From Escherichia coli (GTDB lineage Bacteria; Pseudomonadota; Gammaproteobacteria; Enterobacterales; Enterobacteriaceae), in NCBI RefSeq assembly GCF_024502345.1, contig NZ_JALDNN010000001.1: a DNA stretch of 64,000 nt. One strand, 5' to 3'. The translations under genes were made by a program, and so were the position numbers. Of this stretch, positions 52,561 through 59,840 are shown piece after piece. The notes beneath the pieces are model-generated. The model was not told the origin of the DNA, made no database searches, and saw nothing but the letters and a program-made list of their open reading frames with translations. How positions within the stretch are numbered: position 1 is the stretch's first letter; every line of letters starts with the position of its first letter.

Positions 52561-53071
52561 CTGGCAGCATACCCCCTCCACCATTCACATGGGGATCTTC
52601 ACCAGTCCGTCCACCTACAACAAGCTCTTCTTGCCCTTTCACTTCTTACCGTTTTCAGAATCCCCCGTTCTCCACGCCATCATAAAATGATTTATCCGTA
52701 AGCTTAACGTAATGGACTGTTGAACCTGAGTGTCCGCTGTGAGCGAAAAGCGGAACTTCTCACATAGGTAATGAAGCGTTTCCTAACGTCAGGGTGTACT
52801 AATCAACGAAGAGCAGGTCAGAGGACTCGAACCGCTTTCCTCTTCCATCTACGTAGAATTCCAAGAATTTATGTGCTTTCCAGTTACAATTTAGCCATGC
52901 TAAGTTAGAAAAAGCATTGAGTACCTTAGGATTGTATCGATGATACTCTAAGGATCTTGGAGGCTTGTGAGGCGTAAGGTTCAAAGCCAATAGTTTATTA
53001 ATAGTCACACAAGTGGCTCTATTTTTCGCCTACAAACCTATATTTTTCATACAAATAAAAGAAGTGTATTT

Positions 53072-54490
53072 ATGAATACTCAGCAAATTAAGGTTGGCAG
53101 TGTACCTGAAATTATTGAGCTATTACCAAACTCTAGCGAGCAGGCTGATTCTCATCCTTTCATCCTATCGGCAAACAGTGCATGGGGTGAACAGGGAGCA
53201 GAAATATCAATAGAGAGATTACGCCAAAATATCGAGCCTTGGCTAACAGCTCTCTTCCAATCCGAACATTTAAATTTATTGATAGGTGCGGGTTTAAGCA
53301 CGTCTATTCAAATATCGGCTACAGATTCACCTCCAGCTGGAATGGGTTGGATCAGCGATCTAGCCGTATGTAAAAGTGAAATAGATGCATTTTCTACTCT
53401 GGCTGCCAAAGCTGCAGGTCGCGATAACGGAAATATAGAAGATCAAATTAGAGCTATTAATGAACTTATTAAAGGGCTTGAAATTCTGACAGTGTTGAAT
53501 ACCCCTCAACCTGAAAATCCTCCAGCTCCTCATGCTGCTTATAGAAATCTAAAAACGGATTTAGAAATACTCAAGGGAGAGCTTTCTCGCTGCCTAGGTG
53601 AGTTTTCAAGATCTGTGAGTGCCGGAGAATACTTGATTAAAACTGCTGAACCAAAGCGTAAAGAGGAAACTTTCAACTATCTAGTTAGTTTCTTGATGAG
53701 CTTTGCAAGTAGGACCGCTACTCGCGATAGGTTGCATATTTTTACAACAAACTATGATCGCATTATTGAAGTAGGTGCTGAGCTTGCTGGTTTGAGACTT
53801 ATAGATCGCTTTGTAGGAAGTATCGCTCCAGTGTTTCGATCTTCAAGATTGGAGGTTGATTATCACTATAATCCTCCAGGAATTCGTGGCGAACCAAGAT
53901 ATTTAGAAGGCGTAGCGCGTTTTACTAAGCTTCATGGATCCCTTGATTGGCATGAACAAAATAGCGCGATTAGGCGCTTTGGTTTACCTTTTGGAGCACG
54001 TTCTGTTGAACCTTTTTTAGAAGCTGAAGGCCATCAAAGCAACAGCTTTGAACAACTTATGATTTACCCTAACTCAGTAAAAGATAGAGAAACTGCCGAG
54101 TACCCTTATGTTGAGCTATTTCGAGATCTAGCCGCAGCAACTAGCCGCCCAAATAGCACATTAGTCACCTATGGCTATAGCTTTGGTGATGAGCATATCA
54201 ACAGGGTAATTGAAGACATGCTTACAGTGCCTTCGACTCATGTAGTCATAATTGCCTTCGGAGATCCGCTTGGAAGAATCATAAATTTCATTAATAAGAG
54301 TGGAAGAAAAGCACAGATCACCCTATTAATGGGAGACCATTTAGGAGACCTCAAGACTTTAGTTGATAACTATTTACCTAAACCAGCTATTGATAAAGCA
54401 TCAATAAAAATGACTGAATTGCTTAAGCAAAGAGGATTTATCCAGCCCAAAGAATTAGGTAATTCAACTGGCTCCGAGGTATCACAATGA
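53072..54490 (+). CDS. SIR2-like (SIR2_2-type) NADase-family protein, first gene of a SIR2-HerA pair
   Basis: 472-aa ORF with the motifs LLIGAGLS (GAGxS Rossmann loop), FTTNYDRIIE, FTKLHGSLDW and YGYSFGDEHIN. These are characteristic of prokaryotic defence-associated SIR2 domains. Its stop overlaps the next start (ATGA at 54487-54490). Confidence 0.8.
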   Translation: MNTQQIKVGSVPEIIELLPNSSEQADSHPFILSANSAWGEQGAEISIERLRQNIEPWLTALFQSEHLNLLIGAGLSTSIQISATDSPPAGMGWISDLAVCKSEIDAFSTLAAKAAGRDNGNIEDQIRAINELIKGLEILTVLNTPQPENPPAPHAAYRNLKTDLEILKGELSRCLGEFSRSVSAGEYLIKTAEPKRKEETFNYLVSFLMSFASRTATRDRLHIFTTNYDRIIEVGAELAGLRLIDRFVGSIAPVFRSSRLEVDYHYNPPGIRGEPRYLEGVARFTKLHGSLDWHEQNSAIRRFGLPFGARSVEPFLEAEGHQSNSFEQLMIYPNSVKDRETAEYPYVELFRDLAAATSRPNSTLVTYGYSFGDEHINRVIEDMLTVPSTHVVIIAFGDPLGRIINFINKSGRKAQITLLMGDHLGDLKTLVDNYLPKPAIDKASIKMTELLKQRGFIQPKELGNSTGSEVSQ

Positions 54491-56520
54491 GTTACTTACC
54501 AATAGAAAGATTAGAACAATTAAGAATTGGATCTGTTGGATTTGTATCACCTAATGAAATTAGAGTTTCTTTAGAGATTGACTCCCCTGATTCAGTGTCA
54601 CTTCAAGGCGGTTCCCCCCGCAATTTTCCTCGAATAAATAGTTATGTACTGATCAGTAGCGATGATGGATTTCTCGTCGGACAGGTTGAATGGATTGCCG
54701 TAGAACACTCTCCATACCCCAAAAGAAGAGGCTTACAAGATTTTGGCTTGATAGATCTTCCTTTTCCACTTAAAAAGCTCAGTATCAATCCCGTTGGTAC
54801 TTTGAGAGTCGATAGAAAAAACGAAGATTACAAGTTCACAAGAGGAACAGATGCTTTTCCCTCGGTTGGTGACTCCGTGCTCCTGCCTACTGACCGGCAA
54901 TTAAAATCAATAATAGAATCAGGTGACAATAGAAGAGTAAAAATAGGGGACAGCCCCCTAGCTAACAATGCGGAAATAAAAGTGGACCCTGATAGGCTTT
55001 TTGGACGACATTTAGCTGTTTTGGGCAATACAGGTAGTGGTAAATCATGCTCGGTTGCGGGGTTAATTCAATGGTCTTTAGATGCTGTTTTACAACAGGG
55101 ACAGATTCCAAATGCTCGGTTCATAATACTTGATCCAAATGGAGAATACAGTAGGGCATTCGGCCCAGAATCAAAATACAAGGGTAAGCTATTACGTGTA
55201 GAAGCTAACACTGGTGCTGAAGAGATAGATCTTAAAGTTCCGTCATGGTTATGGAATAGCTCTGAGTGGGGTGCTTTCACTCAAGCGAGTTCAAAAGTTC
55301 AACTTCCTTTACTACGCCGAGCTTTGAGGGCGATGAGAAATGATGTTTTATCAGAAGATGATGTGACAATCCAAGCGAAACACTTCTGCGGTATCCTACT
55401 CGTATCCATACGACAATTATCAAGCCAAGGCCAGATATATGTGAATGGCGGCCATGCCAAAGGTTTCGTTGATAGTTTAACGTCTTGGAATAATAGCCTG
55501 TCCACATTAAACGACAAAATCGATAACAAACCTTTCGATAATCTAATAAACACGATGAATGTGTATCTTTCCTCTCGTATAGGAATAAAATGGCCTGAAA
55601 AACCTGAAGTTTCAGATACTGATCAGTTGATTAATGAATTAAAAAATGCATATGAAACGCTTGGAGGTGATGAACAAGGACTTCTTCCAAAAAGTGAAGA
55701 TTCGCCTATTCGTTTTAAAGGGGATGATTTTGTCGCATACCTAGAAGCTCTAGCTCAAGAGACAGGCACAGAGCAATTCGTTGAATTCCTTTTGACTCGT
55801 ATTCGAACAATGCTAGGTGACACCCGTATAAGTGCAGTAACAAATGATTCGGAACAGCCTATCAGTTTAACTAATTGGTTAGACACTTTTCTCGGTAGAG
55901 ATGGACAAGGTTCCATAACTGTTATCGATTTATCGCTAGTCCCTAATGAAATAATACATTTGGTAACTGCTGTAATTTCCAGAGTAACTTTTGAAGCATT
56001 ACAACGTTATCGAAGACTTAAGGGGAAACCACTACCAACAGTTATGGTTGCAGAAGAAGCGCATACATTTATTAAACGCTACAAAGAAGATAGTGAGGGT
56101 CAGTCAGTCTCTGACGTATGCTGCAAAGTGTTTGAAAAGATCGCACGTGAAGGCAGGAAATTTGGGTTAGGTCTTGTAGTTTCTTCCCAACGACCCTCAG
56201 AGCTATCTCCGACTGTGTTATCTCAATGTAATACTTTTTTGTTGCACAGGATTAGTAATGATAGAGATCAAGAGCAAGTCCATAGACTTGTTCCCGATAA
56301 CATGAGGGGGTTGTTGAGGGAGTTGCCATCGCTACCATCTCGGCATGCCATTCTACTAGGATGGGCTTCTGAACTTCCGGTTTTAGTTAGAATGAAAGAG
56401 CTTACTGAAAAACAAAGACCACAATCTGACGATCCCGATTTTTGGGATGTGTGGTCTAACACTACAGAAGAGCCTCGCGAAGTTAATTGGCAACCAATAG
56501 CTGATGATTGGCAAAGTTAA
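54487..56520 (+). CDS. HerA/FtsK-like (DUF87-type) ATPase, second gene of a SIR2-HerA pair
   Basis: 677-aa ORF. It has an N-terminal barrel-like segment (RIGSVGFVSPNEIRVSLE), Walker A LAVLGNTGSGKS and Walker B TVMVAEEAH. It also carries VVSSQRPSELSPTVLSQCNTFLLHRISNDRDQ, typical of HerA-clade ATPases. Confidence 0.85.
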   Translation: MSYLPIERLEQLRIGSVGFVSPNEIRVSLEIDSPDSVSLQGGSPRNFPRINSYVLISSDDGFLVGQVEWIAVEHSPYPKRRGLQDFGLIDLPFPLKKLSINPVGTLRVDRKNEDYKFTRGTDAFPSVGDSVLLPTDRQLKSIIESGDNRRVKIGDSPLANNAEIKVDPDRLFGRHLAVLGNTGSGKSCSVAGLIQWSLDAVLQQGQIPNARFIILDPNGEYSRAFGPESKYKGKLLRVEANTGAEEIDLKVPSWLWNSSEWGAFTQASSKVQLPLLRRALRAMRNDVLSEDDVTIQAKHFCGILLVSIRQLSSQGQIYVNGGHAKGFVDSLTSWNNSLSTLNDKIDNKPFDNLINTMNVYLSSRIGIKWPEKPEVSDTDQLINELKNAYETLGGDEQGLLPKSEDSPIRFKGDDFVAYLEALAQETGTEQFVEFLLTRIRTMLGDTRISAVTNDSEQPISLTNWLDTFLGRDGQGSITVIDLSLVPNEIIHLVTAVISRVTFEALQRYRRLKGKPLPTVMVAEEAHTFIKRYKEDSEGQSVSDVCCKVFEKIAREGRKFGLGLVVSSQRPSELSPTVLSQCNTFLLHRISNDRDQEQVHRLVPDNMRGLLRELPSLPSRHAILLGWASELPVLVRMKELTEKQRPQSDDPDFWDVWSNTTEEPREVNWQPIADDWQS

Positions 56521-56626
56521 TTAACTTAACTAATTTTTAGTAGTGTTATAAGTAGTGGCTTATATCTGACATGACAGTTTAGGTTAGTAGTTTCAATCTA
56601 ACAGTAAGTGTCCACGGTGACGTTTT

Positions 56627-56665
56627 CATACTCAAATCTCCTGAAATGTGGGAGATTTGAGTATG
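56627..56665. other. Perfect 15-bp-stem hairpin in the convergent intergenic region
   Basis: CATACTCAAATCTCC - TGAAATGTG - GGAGATTTGAGTATG. There is no flanking U-run on either strand. Confidence 0.6.
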
Positions 56666-56941
56666 GTTGTCCCTTATGAGCGAGGAGCGGAAGTTCTGCT
56701 TTAAGTGTATCAAACCCTCCAGCAAAGATGTTCTTGAATGTAATGCCATAATTTCCCTAACATTCCAGCACAAATCAATTAACTCTCAGTCCATAGTGTA
56801 TTTTACTTAAATTAAAATCAAATACTCTAGGAATTAAAATAACAAGATCACTTGCGATTATGCTATTTTAAATTAATATTTTTGTTTTTACTGGGGAACC
56901 TTCAAAACACGGAGCCAGATTTCTTCGTAGCTACCCTGTTG

Positions 56942-57766
56942 CTAGGGTTTCAAGTATTCCCCTAAAGGAAAGAAATTTTTTGACAACTTTTGGGATTCAG
57001 CAATTTTAACCAAATAAATATAGAATCCCAACAGAGCACTGTTCTCGCTTTCCCCCCTCGAATAGTGAACATGCCCAGGCACCTTCCGGATGAGGAAACC
57101 ATTATTTTTTACCAAATAATACCCTCTATCTAAAATTGTAATTACATCAGGCATATCATCTAAATCGATATTATTTCCAGTCATGTAATTAAACAGCGAA
57201 TCTCGTAAGGTACTTTCCTCTGGACCTTGGAAGGCTAGTAGTAAGAATGGTGTTTTTCTCAAGGTTGCACACATCCCTGAGATTTCCTCTACTAATTGCA
57301 CTGTATTTTGGGGAATATTTTCTTTCATAAAATAACCATCGTCAATACCGATTGGATTGATTCTTACCAAACCTTTTGACCTAACGCAAGCATCTAAGGT
57401 TGTCTTAAGGTTTGAAGCTCCTTCGGTCATTGAGCCAGTGTTTAATGAAGATTTACATTCAATTAACGCTAAAGCTGAATCGACAGGGACCATACACTGA
57501 TCTTTATCATAACTAAGTTTTAAAGAATGTTTCGAGTATATGATAATATCCATCTGACTTGAGAGATTATCCTTAGAGTCAAAAACCTGTCCTGATGTAA
57601 TATCTAAATTACTAGGGAGATTTGCTTTTAAAAATTCCCTTATTACAATTTCTCTAGCACTTCCTTTGCTACTCCCGTTCGTCGTTATGGATGACAAATT
57701 AAATGCTGAAACCAAAGATGCCGTATGGTTTTTTAAGTGTTTCTGGATTAATTTCATAAAGCTCAT
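56942..57766 (-). CDS. Hypothetical protein with an N-terminal PD-(D/E)xK-like nuclease motif (reminiscent of DUF6602, from memory)
   Basis: 274-aa ORF in AT-rich DNA. It contains SKGSAREIVIREFLKANLP...SGQVFDSKDNLSSQMDIIIY...ALALIECKSSL, giving E39/E44, D73 and E103-x-K105 in the order expected for restriction-endonuclease-fold enzymes. The C-terminal half has no motif I recognise. Confidence 0.6.
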   Translation of the reverse strand: MSFMKLIQKHLKNHTASLVSAFNLSSITTNGSSKGSAREIVIREFLKANLPSNLDITSGQVFDSKDNLSSQMDIIIYSKHSLKLSYDKDQCMVPVDSALALIECKSSLNTGSMTEGASNLKTTLDACVRSKGLVRINPIGIDDGYFMKENIPQNTVQLVEEISGMCATLRKTPFLLLAFQGPEESTLRDSLFNYMTGNNIDLDDMPDVITILDRGYYLVKNNGFLIRKVPGHVHYSRGESENSALLGFYIYLVKIAESQKLSKNFFPLGEYLKP

Positions 57767-58194
57767 TCCATTTTAATTTATCTACATCGCTTAAAGGCAA
57801 ATGATGCCACCGGCTACCAATTAAAAATTATCTCAACCTGAGAGATTTTTCCAGACTCCAAACGAAAATAAAAAACTACTCGTCACGTCCCTCCTGGCAC
57901 ATAGCCGACACCAAAACCAGCAACATATGGACAACGGTCCCTGCCCTGATGGCAGGTAATTGTATCAGACTTAAACACATATTATTTCTGTGAACTCCCC
58001 CCAACGGCAGTCCTTTCCTCTGAAGACCAGAACCAGACCGTAAAGCCTGCTCTTTCTGCATTTCCCGTATTAATTCATACCATGTGGCACCAGCATTCCC
58101 TTCGCCACACCAGAAAATCAATTCCCCAATAAAAAAGTGCCGTGCCGGGGATGGGTCAACCCTGACGTTCTTTACACCAGTCACAGGAGGTTAT

Positions 58195-59379
58195 ATGTCC
58201 ACCCCCAAACGCTTCCGTTTTACTAATCAGCTCATTAAATCCCTGCCCCCTAACACATCCGATGCACGCAGTACCGATGCCGAATACAGCGACACCGAGA
58301 TTTCCGGCCTCAAGTGTCTGGTCAGCAGAAGAGAAGGTCGTAAAAAGTTTTTGCTACGCTACCTTTATCATGGACGAAAACGCGCCATCGCCATTGGTCA
58401 CTGGCCTGAAGTGGACGTCAATCTTGCTCGTCAGATTGCCATAGAACACAAACGTTCCCTTGCCACCGGCACTGACCCTAAGCAGGAGCGTGAAAACAAG
58501 AGAATGGAGCTGACGTTCGATGAACTCTTTAATCAGCATTATCTGCCATGGGCAAAATCCGCTAAACGCAGTTGGGGAAAGGATGTTCAGCGCTACCGCG
58601 ATCATATCCGTCCCGCCATTGGTCAGAGGCTGCTGAGCGATATCACACCAGCGAGCATTCTGCGCCTTCAGCAGACGTTAAGTACTTCCCTGTCAGCAGC
58701 TACCTGTAACCGTGTCATCGTACTCATTAAAGCCGTCTTTACATGGGCCGGAAGGCAAAGCATGACCTCTGTCCATCCGGCAAGGGTGGTACAGCTTCTC
58801 AGGGAGAACAACGCCCGACAGCGCTATTTCACCGAGGACGAAATTCGTCGTATTTTTCTCTCCGCCGATAACGATACCAGCCCCGTCGCGGCCCGCTATG
58901 TCAAACTGTTGTTACTGACCGGCCTTCGTCGTGATGAGCTGCGTCTGGCTAAGTGGGAGCATGTTGACCCGGTTAAACGCACCCTGTGGCTCCCGGAAAC
59001 CAAGAATGGCTATGGGCGGATTGTTCACCTTAACTCACTGGCGATGGACGTAATCAGAACGCTGCCAACGCAGCGGGGAAATCCGTGGTTGTTTATCGGT
59101 AAAAAACAAGGAATGCCGCTGAATAACCCCGTTAAAGCCTTTCAGCGTATCGTTCGTCGGGCGGGAATTTTCGACCAGGAAGTGTGTATTCATACCTGCC
59201 GCCATTCGGTTGCCGCCCTCATCGTGTCCTACGGCGGAACACTGTATGACGTTCAGGCTCAACTGGGGCACCGCAGCAGTCAGTCTTCACAACGTTATGC
59301 GCATCTTCACCCTCAGCGCTTACAAAACACCAGTCAGTTACTGGCGGAAAGGATAACGGCTCAGCTACCGTCCTTGTGA
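58195..59379 (+). CDS. Tyrosine-type site-specific integrase (int1)
   Basis: ORF 58084..59379 trimmed to the ATG at 58195, preceded by AGGAGG (MSTPKRFRFTNQLIKSLPPN..., 394 aa). It has an N-terminal arm-binding-like segment (IAIGHWPEVDVNLARQIA). The catalytic signature is TGLRRDEL, HTCRHS, LGHRS and RYAH. Confidence 0.88.
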   Translation: MSTPKRFRFTNQLIKSLPPNTSDARSTDAEYSDTEISGLKCLVSRREGRKKFLLRYLYHGRKRAIAIGHWPEVDVNLARQIAIEHKRSLATGTDPKQERENKRMELTFDELFNQHYLPWAKSAKRSWGKDVQRYRDHIRPAIGQRLLSDITPASILRLQQTLSTSLSAATCNRVIVLIKAVFTWAGRQSMTSVHPARVVQLLRENNARQRYFTEDEIRRIFLSADNDTSPVAARYVKLLLLTGLRRDELRLAKWEHVDPVKRTLWLPETKNGYGRIVHLNSLAMDVIRTLPTQRGNPWLFIGKKQGMPLNNPVKAFQRIVRRAGIFDQEVCIHTCRHSVAALIVSYGGTLYDVQAQLGHRSSQSSQRYAHLHPQRLQNTSQLLAERITAQLPSL

Positions 59380-59388
59380 TAACAGAAA

Positions 59389-59419
59389 AGCAGAGGCAAG
59401 TGCCCCTGCTTTTTTTTTA
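59389..59419. terminator. Hairpin terminator shared by int1 (+) and the 118-aa gene (-)
   Basis: The stem AGCAGAGG/CCCCTGCT (one mismatch) is followed by nine T on the plus strand, with a weaker UUUCUGU on the minus strand. Confidence 0.65.
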
Positions 59420-59434
59420 CTGTTCAGCCATCAG

Positions 59435-59791
59435 TCAGAACGGGATGGCCCCATATTCTTCATCCGGCACCCGGTTATCATCAAATCTGTTATAGAGTTC
59501 ACGAGCACACTCGCGCGCGTCTTTAATAGACATACGAGGGAACCTGCCGAGGGGTTCATAATAGCAGGCCCCTTCAAGCGTATAACGAGCCAGGAATTTA
59601 ATCTCACCGTTGGCAATGACGGCCCGGAGCGCAGGCTCGCTGCCATCGAAGATTTCACGAGAAATGCCGTGATAAAGGCACTCCGCCAGTGTGTTAACCA
59701 GAGCGTAATCATTGAATGAGGTTTTTTCTTCATTTTCGCTGCTGATAGCGTGAGGAAAACCGTCATAGTACTGGTCTGATTCAAAAATCAT
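59435..59791 (-). CDS. Small protein carrying a stand-alone integrase N-terminal (DUF4102-like arm-binding) domain
   Basis: 118-aa ORF with an AAGGTG Shine-Dalgarno 5-10 nt upstream of the ATG. GEIKFLARYTLEGACYYEPLGRFPRMSIKDARECARELYNRF aligns by eye with int2 GRIKFIVRKSIRGKNIYVAVGGYPEISIKDAREHAFKIIQEL. Confidence 0.7.
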   Translation of the reverse strand: MIFESDQYYDGFPHAISSENEEKTSFNDYALVNTLAECLYHGISREIFDGSEPALRAVIANGEIKFLARYTLEGACYYEPLGRFPRMSIKDARECARELYNRFDDNRVPDEEYGAIPF

Positions 59792-59840
59792 ACATCACCT
59801 TCTATTGGTTGTTATTCAGTCAAAATGGTTTTATTCAGGG

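Noticed and set aside
56579-56773. 64-aa minus-strand ORF spanning the 15-bp hairpin.
   Set aside because: It contains both arms of the hairpin, has no Shine-Dalgarno and has no recognisable domain. It is more likely non-coding.
56676-56810. 44-codon ORF MSEERKFCFKCIKPSSKDVLECNAII... in the HerA/nuclease intergenic region.
   Set aside because: There is no ribosome-binding site, it is very short, and the CxxC could be chance. I kept it only as a note within the intergenic finding.
58084-58091. TGGCACCA upstream of int1, considered as a possible direct repeat of the pheU 3' end marking a junction between tandem islands.
   Set aside because: Only 7 nt (GGCACCA) match the tRNA end and the flanks do not align. 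This is too short to distinguish from chance.
57876-58184. 102-aa minus-strand ORF overlapping the int1 upstream region. The 37-codon N-terminal extension of the int1 ORF (58084-58194) was considered with it.
   Set aside because: It has a GTG start without a Shine-Dalgarno and no motifs. The strong AGGAGG-N6-ATG at 58195 explains the locus as the int1 leader and promoter.
59431-59784. 117-aa ORF in an alternative frame overlapping the 118-aa gene.
   Set aside because: The 59435-59791 frame has the Shine-Dalgarno and the integrase-arm similarity. The alternative frame has neither.
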